Shown here piece after piece: positions 19,433-28,806 of a stretch of 51,978 nt of DNA. The stretch comes from Deltaproteobacteria bacterium. Lineage in GTDB: Bacteria > Myxococcota_A > UBA9160 > SMWR01. The position numbers and the translations under genes were made by a program. The DNA lies in the NCBI GenBank assembly GCA_019310425.1, contig JAFDEI010000005.1:1-51978 (forward strand), read 5' to 3'. Every line of letters starts with the position of its first letter. Within the stretch, counting starts at the first letter, position 1. Under the pieces are notes generated by a model. It saw only the letters and a program-made list of their open reading frames with translations, was not told the origin of the DNA and made no database searches.

Positions 19433-20676
19433 GGTGTCCTGGCTCTGGCGCGGGCGGATTCGACTTCGACGGGCATGCCGTCGACGGTGAGTGCGAGCGG
19501 TGAGGTCACGACGCGGTCGCCGAGCTCGAGCCCGGAAGCGACCAGCACGCGGTCGGGCAGGCGTTGGAGCAGAGTGATCGGTCGTACGCGCGCGCGGCTC
19601 TCGGAGTCGACCACCAGGACACGGTCGTTTCCGCGCAATGCGCTGTGCGGAAGCGAGTAGACGTCGTTGACGAGGCGTCCCTCGATCTCGGCCTCGACGA
19701 ATAGCCCCACCGCGAACGGCGGACGACTGGGATCATCGCCGCGGCCATAGGGATCTTCGATTCGCGCGACAGCGTGGATCATCCGGGTGCGGGGGTCGAG
19801 CTCGCCCTCGGTGCGGACGATCCGGCCGTTCCAGCTGAATTGCTTGCCGCCGAAATCGGCCGTCAGTACGACCTTGGGCTGCGGCACTTCGCCGCCTTCA
19901 CCGCGGTAGTTGATCGGAAGGTCGACGAACGCCACAGCATCGTCCGGGATCGGCAGCCGGACCTCGGCGTAGTCGACCGCATAGATGCGGGCGACGGGGT
20001 TGCCACGGTTCACGAACTGGCCGACGTCGACGTGCTTGTTTCGGATGCGGCCCGCGAACGGGGCCTTCACCTGGGTCCGCTGGAGGTCGTGGCGAGCCTG
20101 AGTGAGTGAGGCCTCGGCTTCGAGTCGGTTGGCTTCCATGACCAGCAATGCGTTCTCGGCATCGTCGAGCGAGACCGGGCTCGCGACGCCGCGCTGTGAG
20201 AGCGCGCGCTGCCGCTCGGCGGCGCGCTTCGCGAGCGCGAGCTGGCTCTCTGTGCGCGAGAGTGCCGCCTTCGCGCGCGTCATCGCGACCTCGTAGTCGC
20301 GCGCGTCGATCTCGATCAGCGGTGCATCCTTCTCGATGAAACCGCCCGAGGCGAGACTTGCGGAAACCCAGGTGATGCGCCCGGAAACCTCGGCGATCAG
20401 GTCACTCTCGGTGCGCGGCGCGACGGTGCCCTGGGTGTGGATCTTGAGGTAGACACTCTCCGGTTTCACACTCAATACGTGCACCATCGGCGTCGGATTC
20501 GACGGCGTGCGTGTGGCGACGCTCGGCCGGGCCATCACCATCCCGCCGCCGATCAGCAGGCCGCTGGTCAGCACGAGCACCGGCAGCAGCACCTTGGGGT
20601 AGCGCTTCAGGAAATTGAAGACGGCGGTGGCGCGGTGCTTCACGGGGGTGGCTTGTGTTCGGGCTTCCTGGCTCAC
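19429..20676 (-). CDS. RND periplasmic adaptor (membrane fusion protein)
   Basis: GTG at 20676 overlaps the TetR stop (GTGA). N-terminal TM, AEVSGRI, coiled hairpin, APFAGRI, VGQFV, VGLFVEAEI. Confidence 0.92.
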   Translation of the reverse strand: MSQEARTQATPVKHRATAVFNFLKRYPKVLLPVLVLTSGLLIGGGMVMARPSVATRTPSNPTPMVHVLSVKPESVYLKIHTQGTVAPRTESDLIAEVSGRITWVSASLASGGFIEKDAPLIEIDARDYEVAMTRAKAALSRTESQLALAKRAAERQRALSQRGVASPVSLDDAENALLVMEANRLEAEASLTQARHDLQRTQVKAPFAGRIRNKHVDVGQFVNRGNPVARIYAVDYAEVRLPIPDDAVAFVDLPINYRGEGGEVPQPKVVLTADFGGKQFSWNGRIVRTEGELDPRTRMIHAVARIEDPYGRGDDPSRPPFAVGLFVEAEIEGRLVNDVYSLPHSALRGNDRVLVVDSESRARVRPITLLQRLPDRVLVASGLELGDRVVTSPLALTVDGMPVEVESARARARTP

Positions 20677-21350
20677 GGGGAGTTCTCCTCGACTCGCTGG
20701 CCCGGGGCGCGGCGGGCGGAGGCGGGGGCACTGATGCCCCCTGATACGAATGCAATCACGGATTCGAGTTTCTCCTCGATCGATACGACATGCGGCGAGT
20801 GGCCGGGGATGAAGTCGAGCTCGGAGTTTCCCGAGAAGAGTGTGAAGATCGAACCCATGGCGAGGCGGAAGCGCTCGGCGATGAGCTCTTTCGGGAGGTC
20901 GGGCAGGGCTTCCTGGAGCGCTTCGATGAAGCGTCGCGTGACGTCCCCGATGTGCCTGCGGTAGATCGCTTCGAGAATCTCGGGTGGCTGGGCCTCGAGG
21001 CGTGCAAACAGGCGCGGCAGATGTGCCGCACCCTCCGGCGACTCGATGACACTGCGAATTGCGGGCATCAGGAAGGCCCGGAAGATGCAATCGACCTGGA
21101 GCGGTTCATCGCCGCGTTCGGCCACATGCGCGTCGAGCGCGGCGATGCGAGCGAGGTTCATGGGCGTCGCGCGAAATTCGATCACCGCGTCGAGGAGCGC
21201 CTCTTTCGAGCCGAAGTGATAGTGGGCCGCTGCGAGGTTCACGCCGGCGGCGTTCGTGAGCGCACGCATCGATGTGGAGGAGATCCCACGCTCGGCGAAC
21301 AACTGCTCGGCCGCGATCAGGATGCGCTTGCGGGTTTCTTCTCCGGCCAT
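20673..21350 (-). CDS. TetR family regulator, PsrA-like
   Basis: TRKRILIAAEQLFAERG...AGVNLAAAHYHFGSKEAL HTH; C-terminal FVSGG; PsrA-type box upstream. Confidence 0.9.
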   Translation of the reverse strand: MAGEETRKRILIAAEQLFAERGISSTSMRALTNAAGVNLAAAHYHFGSKEALLDAVIEFRATPMNLARIAALDAHVAERGDEPLQVDCIFRAFLMPAIRSVIESPEGAAHLPRLFARLEAQPPEILEAIYRRHIGDVTRRFIEALQEALPDLPKELIAERFRLAMGSIFTLFSGNSELDFIPGHSPHVVSIEEKLESVIAFVSGGISAPASARRAPGQRVEENSP

Positions 21351-21417
21351 GATTCCTCGATGGGTTCGAAAGGGTCGTGCGGGCCGGGGACTGCCCGGCA
21401 AATCATTCATACGACCT

Positions 21418-21437
21418 ATTCAAACATACGTTTGAAT
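21418..21437. promoter_or_regulatory. PsrA-type palindromic operator
   Basis: ATTCAAAC-ATAC-GTTTGAAT: perfect 8-bp arms, 68 bp upstream of the TetR ATG; fits the CAAAC-N4-GTTTG PsrA consensus. Confidence 0.8.
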
Positions 21438-21532
21438 GATTATCGGAGCAATGGGGGGCGATCTTGAGGGGAAATTCTCCCAATCATGCTTGCGTCTGGG
21501 ATCGAAGGAGGCTGGCGCGCTTCGAGAGGCGC

Positions 21533-21838
21533 TCAGCCCCCGAGTCGTTGGAAGACCGCTTCCGGGGAGTCGTGAGCCGAGGTTTCGGCCGGGATCTGGG
21601 AAATTCGGCCGGCGATCGCTGAGCAGACGCCGTCGGCGGCATCGATGCCGCGGTTGCCGAGCTCGCCGGGCAGCACGCGCTGGAGCACGACCGAGAGCTG
21701 GTCCGCGGTCGCCGCGTTCGGGTCGAGGCCGGCCTGTTTCAGCGCGATGCGAACCGTTCCACGCGACGCGAGCCGATCGAGCTCGGTGGATGACTCGAGT
21801 TCACCACACAGCCATTCGAATGCCGTCGAGGTCGCCAT
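21533..21838 (-). CDS. Small hypothetical alpha-helical protein, 101 aa
   Basis: ATG immediately follows the upstream TAG; amphipathic helices (LDRLASRGTVRIALKQAGLDP); no TM. Confidence 0.8.
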   Translation of the reverse strand: MATSTAFEWLCGELESSTELDRLASRGTVRIALKQAGLDPNAATADQLSVVLQRVLPGELGNRGIDAADGVCSAIAGRISQIPAETSAHDSPEAVFQRLGG

Positions 21839-22597
21839 CTAGCTCACCGCCTCCGAGGTCTCGCCGATCCAGCGGCGGAAACTCTCCGGCGGCAGGAACG
21901 TCAGGAAGTACAGCGCTGAAATGCCCACGCCCGCGATGCTGAATACGAACAGATCCAGCGTGAGCAGACTCGCGTCTGCGACCGGGTCGAGGAGCATCGG
22001 TGGAACCGAGGTGAGGAACATCACGATCGAGAGTCCTCCGGCCATCGTCCACAGCAGGAAGCGATTGGTGACCAGCGGTTCCGCGAGCCCCAGGCGCAGG
22101 CGCCGCTTCATCATGCCGTAGTAGATCGCTCCTTCGACGACCAGCCACGTCGAGCTGGTGATGCGCGCCGAGAGGTCGATCCAGAACCAGTTCCACGGAA
22201 TCTCCGAAGTCGCGAAAGCCCCATGGGCGCCGTACCCGAAGAGTGTCGCCACGGGACAAGCGATTATGAAGGCGACGAGCCACCAGGCCCAGCGCTCGTG
22301 CGGTCGGAATACGCGGCGGATGAAGGTCGCGTGACAGATCAGCGCAGCGATGCCTGCGATCTTTCCGGCCAGCAGCAACTTGCCCGCGATCGCATGCTCG
22401 ATCTCGGCCCGAAGCGATATTGCGCTGGCCTCGAGCGGTCCGCCCAGAACCCCGCCGAGCAACAGCCCGCCACCGAGCAGAAGCTCGGGGAGCTGCTTGG
22501 TACGGCGAGCCAGCATGACCAGGCGGGAGCCCACGATCAGGACGGTCAACAGATACAAGGCGCCGGCCAGGCCCTGCGCGACGATGACGAATTCCAT
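21839..22597 (-). CDS. Hypothetical 7-TM integral membrane protein
   Basis: GGAGGG SD. Seven hydrophobic segments with basic loops (RRTKQLPE, RRVFRP, KRRLRLG); ends FLPPESFRRWI. Confidence 0.82.
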   Translation of the reverse strand: MEFVIVAQGLAGALYLLTVLIVGSRLVMLARRTKQLPELLLGGGLLLGGVLGGPLEASAISLRAEIEHAIAGKLLLAGKIAGIAALICHATFIRRVFRPHERWAWWLVAFIIACPVATLFGYGAHGAFATSEIPWNWFWIDLSARITSSTWLVVEGAIYYGMMKRRLRLGLAEPLVTNRFLLWTMAGGLSIVMFLTSVPPMLLDPVADASLLTLDLFVFSIAGVGISALYFLTFLPPESFRRWIGETSEAVS

Positions 22598-22783
22598 GGT
22601 TCACCCTCCGAGATCCTCTATCGGGCAGGTGGTGGTACAACCTGAATCGCCTTGGCCCGTTCTAATGGGCTGCGATACAACCTTGCCGGGATTATCGAAT
22701 CGAGTCGTAGCTGCTGTTCGGCGGCGCCACGGGGAGCATCGACGCTACCCTCGGCTAGGGCATTTTGACTCGGAGGCGACGGC

Positions 22784-24928
22784 GTGCCCACCCATAAGAG
22801 CTTCTGCCGTTACTGCCACGCGATGTGCGGAATCACCGTCGATGTCGAGGGCGGTCGCGTGGTGCAGGTACGCGGCGATCGCGAACACGCGATGACGCGC
22901 GGCTTCACCTGCATCAAGGGCCGAAACCTTCCGGATCAGCTCGCGAACCAGGATCGGCTTCGAGGCGCTTTCGCGCGCGGGCCCGACGGCACGCTCGCGC
23001 CGATCGACGCGACCGTTGCACAGGACGAGGTCGCCGCCGTGCTTCGCCGCTGCATCGACGAGCATGGCCCGCGCTCGGTCGCCCTCTACGCGGGGACCGC
23101 GGTCTATCAGAGTTCGTTTACGCTTCCGTTTGCGCGTGCGTGGATCGCGGGGCTCGACTCGCCGTCGTTCTACACCAGCCTCACGATCGACCAGCCCAAC
23201 AAGATCATCGCACCGCAGCTGCACGGCTCGTTCATGAGCGGCTTTCAGAGCTTCGACAGCTCGGATGTCTGGATGCTGTTCGGTTGCAACACGCTGGTGT
23301 CGATGTACGGCGGCACGGCGGGCTTCCCTTCCTTCAACCCGACCAAGCGTCTACGTGAAGCAGTATCGCGCGGTCTCGAGCTGATCGTCGTCGACCCGCG
23401 TCGAAGCGAGACTGCGCGCATGGCATCGCTCCACCTCGCGGTTCGGCCCGGTGAGGATTCGGCGTTGCTCGCGGGCATGCTGCGCATCATCATCGAGGAG
23501 GACCTCTACGACGCGGACTTCACCCGCCGCTTCGTCTCCGGGCTCCCGGAGTTGCGTGCCGCACTGAGCGGCTTCAGCCGTGATCTGGTCGAGCGCCGCA
23601 CTGGTCTCGCCTGGGCGCAGATCGAACAGGCTGCTCGACTGTTCGCCCTCGGGCCGCGCGGCATGGCGAGCTCGGGCACGGGGACGAGCATGGCGCCGCG
23701 ACCGAATCTCAGTGAGGTCATGATCATGAGCCTCAACGCGCTCTGCGGTCGCTACAACCGGGTCGGCGAAGCCGTCGCGAACCCCGGTGTCCTGACCGGC
23801 ACGCGGGATTTCTTCGAGCACGCGATCGAGCCGATGGCCGGTTTCCGGATGGAGCCGCAGAGCAGGATTCGCGGCCTCGGGCAGGTTGCCGGTGAGCTGC
23901 CGACTCCCACGCTCGCCGACGAGATCCTCACACCCGGGGAAGGGCAGGTGCGGGCACTGATCGTGATCGGGGGCAACCCCGCGCTGTCGTTCCCCGACCA
24001 GGAAAAGACCGAGCGGGCGTTGTCGAAACTGGATCTGCTGGTCGTGGTCGATCCTTTCCTGACCGCGACCGCCAGCCTGGCCGACTACGTGATTGGCCCA
24101 ACCCTATGCCTCGAACGCCCCGACACCACGCTCTTCATGGACACCTGGTACCCGCAGCCGTTCGCGATGTACACGCCTGCATTGGTCGACCCGCCGGAAG
24201 GCGTGATGGCGGATTGGGAGTTTCTCTGGGGCCTGGCGCGTCGACTCGGAACCAAGGTAAATCTGGTCGGCGGCCCCGTCGACATGGACACATTGCCGAG
24301 TAGCGATGATCTGATCGAAAGCATCTCGGTCTATTCGCGGGTTCCGCTCGACGAGATCAAACGGCACCCGAGTGGCGCGGTCTTCGAGCCCGAGTCCGGG
24401 CCCGTTCGGGTGCAGCCCGGCAATCCCGATTCGCCGGCGCGCCTGCTCCTCTACCCGGACGAAATCGCACGTGAACTCGGCGAACTCGCGAGCGAGCCTG
24501 CGGTCGAGGGCGCGGGCTACGCACCCGGCGAGAAGTTCACGCACCGTTTGATCAGTCGTCGCCTGCGAGAGGTGTTCAACTCGATGGGACGAGAGTTGCC
24601 CGCGGTCCGCGCGAAGCGCACCACCAACCCGGCCTTCATGAACCCCTACGATCTCACAGCGATCGGCGCATCGAGCGGTGATCTGGTCGCGATCACTTCA
24701 GGGCACGGTGAGATCCTCGGCGTCGTGAAAGCGGCCGAGGACGTGCCGAGCGGTGTGGTGTCGATGGCGCATTCGTGGGGCGATCTGCCGAGTCGGCCCG
24801 GCGACGTTCGCGAGATCGGTAGCTCGACGAGTCGATTGGTCGACGATGCGAGCGACTTCGATCCGATCTCGGGTATGGCGCGTCAGAGCGCGATCCCGGT
24901 CAACGTCCGGCTCCACCAAGTAGGCTGA
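22784..24928 (+). CDS. Molybdopterin (Mo/W-bisPGD) oxidoreductase, DMSO reductase superfamily, intact
   Basis: GGAGG SD plus GTG. CRYCHAMCG...CIKG, TIDQP, VVDPRRSET, GGNP, FMNP.D, SMAHSWG. No Tat signal. Confidence 0.93.
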   Translation: MPTHKSFCRYCHAMCGITVDVEGGRVVQVRGDREHAMTRGFTCIKGRNLPDQLANQDRLRGAFARGPDGTLAPIDATVAQDEVAAVLRRCIDEHGPRSVALYAGTAVYQSSFTLPFARAWIAGLDSPSFYTSLTIDQPNKIIAPQLHGSFMSGFQSFDSSDVWMLFGCNTLVSMYGGTAGFPSFNPTKRLREAVSRGLELIVVDPRRSETARMASLHLAVRPGEDSALLAGMLRIIIEEDLYDADFTRRFVSGLPELRAALSGFSRDLVERRTGLAWAQIEQAARLFALGPRGMASSGTGTSMAPRPNLSEVMIMSLNALCGRYNRVGEAVANPGVLTGTRDFFEHAIEPMAGFRMEPQSRIRGLGQVAGELPTPTLADEILTPGEGQVRALIVIGGNPALSFPDQEKTERALSKLDLLVVVDPFLTATASLADYVIGPTLCLERPDTTLFMDTWYPQPFAMYTPALVDPPEGVMADWEFLWGLARRLGTKVNLVGGPVDMDTLPSSDDLIESISVYSRVPLDEIKRHPSGAVFEPESGPVRVQPGNPDSPARLLLYPDEIARELGELASEPAVEGAGYAPGEKFTHRLISRRLREVFNSMGRELPAVRAKRTTNPAFMNPYDLTAIGASSGDLVAITSGHGEILGVVKAAEDVPSGVVSMAHSWGDLPSRPGDVREIGSSTSRLVDDASDFDPISGMARQSAIPVNVRLHQVG

Positions 24929-24952
24929 ATCGGCGCGGCAGCAACCGGCGAG

Positions 24953-25327
24953 TCAGCGCGTGGGGCGCATCTCCATCGGGCTCCAGTAGGCCTTCATACT
25001 GGTGATCTTGCCGTCGTCGTCGAAGGTCATGACGTCGATCACGTCGATGTAGCTCTTCTGGTCGTTCATGGTCAGCTCGGCGAGCATCGGCATGGCGCAG
25101 TGGTTGTCCGCGACGCAGATCGGTCCGCTGACCTCGACCTGCAAATTCGGCGAGGTGGCGGCGTAGAAGCCACGGACCGCTTCGATGCCCTGGATCGGAT
25201 CTCCACCGACCGGATCCTCGACGAAGCAATTTTCGGAGTAGAGCGCGGCGATGCCATCGGCATCGCCATCGCACATCAACTTCGCGTAACGCTCCATGAC
25301 GGAGCGGATCTCTTCGGGGCTCGGCAT
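24953..25327 (-). CDS. ksi: Steroid delta-isomerase (KSI)-like NTF2 protein
   Basis: ERY (Tyr14-equivalent), ALY, VEDPVG (Asp38), GFY, IDVMTFD (Asp99), MKAYW; AAGGAAG SD before ATG 25327. Confidence 0.78.
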   Translation of the reverse strand: MPSPEEIRSVMERYAKLMCDGDADGIAALYSENCFVEDPVGGDPIQGIEAVRGFYAATSPNLQVEVSGPICVADNHCAMPMLAELTMNDQKSYIDVIDVMTFDDDGKITSMKAYWSPMEMRPTR

Positions 25328-25391
25328 CGTGGTCTTCCTTTCGAGTATCGGACCATGCGTGGCCCGGATGATCATTGATGGGCGTCGCCTG

Positions 25392-26858
25392 TCATGCGTG
25401 GCCCACTTGGTTGGGAACCCAGGTTCCGTGAAAATCGGCTGGGATGTGGTGGTCGAGTCGTGCCTGCGCGATCGGCCCATCGCCGACATGCTGGGCATCG
25501 AGCACGATCAGGCGACTGGTGTGCGACGCCTGATTGTAGGCGAGGCCGACCAGATAACCGTCGCCTTCTTCGGCTTCGGGGCTGCGCGGCGCGAACAGTG
25601 TCTCGGAGGTGAATTCGCCGTCGGGAAACCAGAAAACATCTTCTTTTCCGGTTTCGAAGTCGATGTGAGCGATTGCGAAGTTCATGTTCTCGTTCACCGA
25701 GAGGCCGTAGAGGTGTCGGTTGCGCTCGCCCGCGACCCTCCGGTCGGTCTGGCCGAACTCGAGCCCGATGTCGCACAGGCGCTGCTTGCTGATTTCGTCG
25801 CTGCCGTGCGGAATGCGCACGCGGGTGACCTCACCGCAGATGGGCGGCTTGTCGATGTCGGCGACGTTCGTCGCGAGCGCAGACGAATCCGGGTACGCCA
25901 TCAGGTCCACCGATACCGCATCGGGTTCGTCGAAGCCGGCCGCGAAGTGGATCTGGAAGAATGGATCGACCTTGAAGCGCCGGACCTTCGCGGGTTCGTC
26001 GATCGGGACCACGATGACCTCGGTGCCGGCATCCGGGTTCCACTGGAACAGATCGGAGAAGCCGCCGATCGACAGTACCGCGCGCCACATCACGAGTTGC
26101 ATCGGCGACACCAGGAAGACCAGGTGATCGCGGGTGGCCATGAAGTCGTGGAGCATCACCGGGTGTTCCAGCGGGACTTCGACCATGCAGCGCGCGGCGC
26201 CTTCCCACGGCAAGGCGTAGACCGCGAAGCTCGTGGTCCGGCCGAAGCGCAGGCCGTGGTTGTAGGTCGTTCGGCGCGCCGGGACTGAATGCGGGTGAGC
26301 GGAGAAAGCGCTCTGGATCACGCCTCCGAACGAGGTCTCACCGATGGTTTCGAGTTCGCGGTCGAATGCGGTCGGCTTGGCATTCTCCATCAACGCGTAC
26401 AGGCCGTCGTGCCACTCGAGCACTGCGGTGTTGCCGGTGTTCTTGAAACGGCCGCGGAGATTGTTGGCCAGCTGCCGCGGCCAGGAGACGGCGGTCTGGA
26501 ACAGCGCGCGCCCGGCGCGTTCTTCCTCGACGTAGCCTGCGCTTCGCAGCAGGCGGTGCGCTCCGGCGACCTTGCCGTCGCCGATTCGAAAGGCGCTGAT
26601 TGCGCCGTCACCCTCGAAGACGTGGCCGTAGGGACTGCCGAAGCGCTGGCTGAGCGCGGGGCCGGCGCGGTAGAGGGTGCCGTTCAATTCGGCCGGTAAC
26701 CGGCCCTCGATCTCGAGCGACTCGAAGCCGTGCTCGCGGGTCAGGTCGGACCAGTAGGATGACGTCCGGGCGCCCATCCGGGCAGGATGGACGTTGCGGT
26801 TCCTGCGCAGCGGGGACTGGAAGCTCACGAAATGGCTCTCCACGAATTTCGACGCCAC
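25392..26858 (-). CDS. Carotenoid oxygenase / lignostilbene dioxygenase family protein
   Basis: GRLPAELNGTLYR, HVFEGDG, four Fe-binding His (SAHP, MLHDF, IHF, FHGTW), EGDGYLV. Start may be ATG 26777. Confidence 0.92.
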   Translation of the reverse strand: MASKFVESHFVSFQSPLRRNRNVHPARMGARTSSYWSDLTREHGFESLEIEGRLPAELNGTLYRAGPALSQRFGSPYGHVFEGDGAISAFRIGDGKVAGAHRLLRSAGYVEEERAGRALFQTAVSWPRQLANNLRGRFKNTGNTAVLEWHDGLYALMENAKPTAFDRELETIGETSFGGVIQSAFSAHPHSVPARRTTYNHGLRFGRTTSFAVYALPWEGAARCMVEVPLEHPVMLHDFMATRDHLVFLVSPMQLVMWRAVLSIGGFSDLFQWNPDAGTEVIVVPIDEPAKVRRFKVDPFFQIHFAAGFDEPDAVSVDLMAYPDSSALATNVADIDKPPICGEVTRVRIPHGSDEISKQRLCDIGLEFGQTDRRVAGERNRHLYGLSVNENMNFAIAHIDFETGKEDVFWFPDGEFTSETLFAPRSPEAEEGDGYLVGLAYNQASHTSRLIVLDAQHVGDGPIAQARLDHHIPADFHGTWVPNQVGHA

Positions 26859-26986
26859 GAATCAATTTATCAGAATGCGGTTTCTCACCAAAGTCGCCAT
26901 GTCGGATCGGCGTCGATTCATTGGGAATCACGTTCGTCGCCGTCTCCGCGCTTGCCGCGCCCTCGCGTCGCTGCCAAGCTACGAGC

Positions 26987-27586
26987 ATGGAAAGGGCCCG
27001 ACACGCGATCGCAGCCGACATTCCGCAGCTCACCGCCACGCTTGCAGAAGCATTCGTCGACGACCCACTGACGAGCTGGATCTTTCCAGACCCGGCGATG
27101 CGTCCACATCAGCTGCAATCGTGGATGCGGCTCACGGTTGAAATGGGTCTCACGCGGGGGCATCTCTACACAGCGGGCGGAAATCGTGCCGCCGCAATCT
27201 GGTCGCCGCCCGATGTGACGCTATTCGATGAAATCTGGGGTGCGCGTCTCGCTCAGCTGCTCACGAAAGAACTCGGTGACCGCGCGGGCGAGGTGCTCCA
27301 GGGCCTCGCTCGCGCGCTCGCGTCGCAGCCCGACGACGAGCCGCACTTCTACCTGTTTACCCTCGGTACCCACCCCGAGCAGCAAGGCAGTGGATTGGGT
27401 GCGCGGGTCGTCGAGCCGGTGCTCGCGATCTGCGACGAGCAGGGGCTGCCCGCCCACCTCGAATCGTCGAATGAGCGGAATCTGTCGTTCTACCGGCGCC
27501 ACGGCTTCGAAGTCCTGAGCGAGATCTCCGTGGCCGAAGATGGACCGATCCTGCGGCCAATGCGGCGCGAGCCGCATTCGAGCTGA
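26987..27586 (+). CDS. GNAT family N-acetyltransferase
   Basis: AFVDDP, HFYLFTLGTHPEQQGSGLG, HLESSNERNLSFYRRHGF. Confidence 0.92.
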   Translation: MERARHAIAADIPQLTATLAEAFVDDPLTSWIFPDPAMRPHQLQSWMRLTVEMGLTRGHLYTAGGNRAAAIWSPPDVTLFDEIWGARLAQLLTKELGDRAGEVLQGLARALASQPDDEPHFYLFTLGTHPEQQGSGLGARVVEPVLAICDEQGLPAHLESSNERNLSFYRRHGFEVLSEISVAEDGPILRPMRREPHSS

Positions 27587-27614
27587 CCAGGCGCGAGCCG
27601 CATTCGAGCTGACC
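27564..27614 (+). repeat. 25-bp direct tandem duplication of the GNAT 3' end
   Basis: GGCGCGAGCCGCATTCGAGCTGACC at 27564-27588 and 27590-27614. Confidence 0.9.
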
Positions 27615-27657
27615 CGAGCGCGGCCCCGCATCCCCGCTGATGCAAGCTCGTCGGGAT

Positions 27658-27942
27658 TCAGATCTCCTCGATCAGAATGACCTCGGGTGGACCGTCCATC
27701 AGCGCCATGAATTCCCCGGCCTTCGCTCCGAGGTTCTTGCCGTGCTCGGCGAAGGCTTCGTCGCTCTCATACTTCTCGTAGACGACGATCGAAAGCGGGT
27801 CGTCGCGGCGTTGGTGGACCACATAGGCCAGGGTTCCGGGTTCGCTTGCAAGCGTCGATTTCGCGAGGTCTCGGAGGAATGTCAATGCATTATCGAGCTG
27901 ATCTTCTTTCAGTTTGAGGTTCGCAACTACGGACGGCATCAT
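27658..27942 (-). CDS. ABM / putative quinol monooxygenase family protein
   Basis: AGGAGA SD; EPGTLAYVVH, VVYEKYES..AF..H. True start is 27942 or 27939. Confidence 0.88.
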   Translation of the reverse strand: MMPSVVANLKLKEDQLDNALTFLRDLAKSTLASEPGTLAYVVHQRRDDPLSIVVYEKYESDEAFAEHGKNLGAKAGEFMALMDGPPEVILIEEI

Positions 27943-28056
27943 TTGTCTCCTGTTTGGTTTCGGGTGGGGTCCCATTCTGCCCGACGCCGCCCCGCGATGC
28001 CAAGAGTCGGCTGCACTTCTTGGCGCCGGGAGATTTCGGCGGCTAGCCTCCGCGCC

Positions 28057-28806
28057 GTGAAGAGCAATGTACGGGCAGTATTCTTCGATTTGGGCGGAAC
28101 GTTGTTCAGCAACATCCAGATTCCGCGGGTGTGCACGCCGGCGCTCGTCGCAGCGGCAGAGAGACTCGGCATCGAGAGCGGGCTGGCCGGGATCGGCAAG
28201 GCGTTCGTGGAGGCCACGCAGAAGGTCAACGGGGCCTATATGAAGCGCCCCTACTACCTGCACCGCGATCTTTTCGTCGACACTGCGCGGGAGCTTCTCG
28301 TCATCCTGGGCCGCGACGAAGACCCCGACTTCAACGTATGGTTCTACACCGCTCAACGAGACTTGATGGTCGATGGGATCGAGCTGCGCGAGGACTGCCT
28401 CGCAACGCTTGCAGAGCTGCGCAAGCGCGGCTTTCTGCTTTCGGTCGTATCCAACATCGACCACGACTTTCTCGACCCGATGATCGTCAACTTCGGCATC
28501 GAGTCGTACTTCGATCACTTCGTGAGTTCCGAGACCGCTCGGTCGTGCAAGCCCGACGCGGGAATCTTCCGAACCGCACTCGAACGCGTCGACTGCAGCC
28601 CTGGAGAGGCCGTTTTCGTCGGTGATTCGCGTGTTCATGACATCCACGGTGCGAGCGGCGTGGGCATGAGGTCGGTGCTGATCAGCGAACACGGCGGTGT
28701 GAGCCACCTCGACGACGAGGACTTTCAGGTCGAACCGGAGCACGTCATCGGCAGTCTGTCCGAGCTGCTCGAAATCGCCTTGCTGCAGTCCGGAGGATCA
28801 TCGTGA
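28057..28806 (+). CDS. HAD family hydrolase
   Basis: VFFDLGGTL, VVSNID, KPDAGIF, FVGDS..HDI.GA..VGM. Confidence 0.9.
   Translation: MKSNVRAVFFDLGGTLFSNIQIPRVCTPALVAAAERLGIESGLAGIGKAFVEATQKVNGAYMKRPYYLHRDLFVDTARELLVILGRDEDPDFNVWFYTAQRDLMVDGIELREDCLATLAELRKRGFLLSVVSNIDHDFLDPMIVNFGIESYFDHFVSSETARSCKPDAGIFRTALERVDCSPGEAVFVGDSRVHDIHGASGVGMRSVLISEHGGVSHLDDEDFQVEPEHVIGSLSELLEIALLQSGGSS

Noticed and set aside
19429-21090. Long N-terminal extensions in track ORFs (also 27658-28743, 27640-28806, 45666-47561, 46775-49015)
   Set aside because: The extensions overlap neighbouring genes; internal starts with SD sequences or stop-start coupling fit the families better.
21839-22597. Microbial rhodopsin or heliorhodopsin
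   Set aside because: No Lys in TM7 and no recognisable helix C motif, despite a carotenoid oxygenase lying 3 kb away.
26870-26888. KstR-like box (CAGAATGCGGTTTCTC) in the CCO/GNAT divergent region
   Set aside because: Does not fit TnnAACnnGTTnnA; symmetry too weak.
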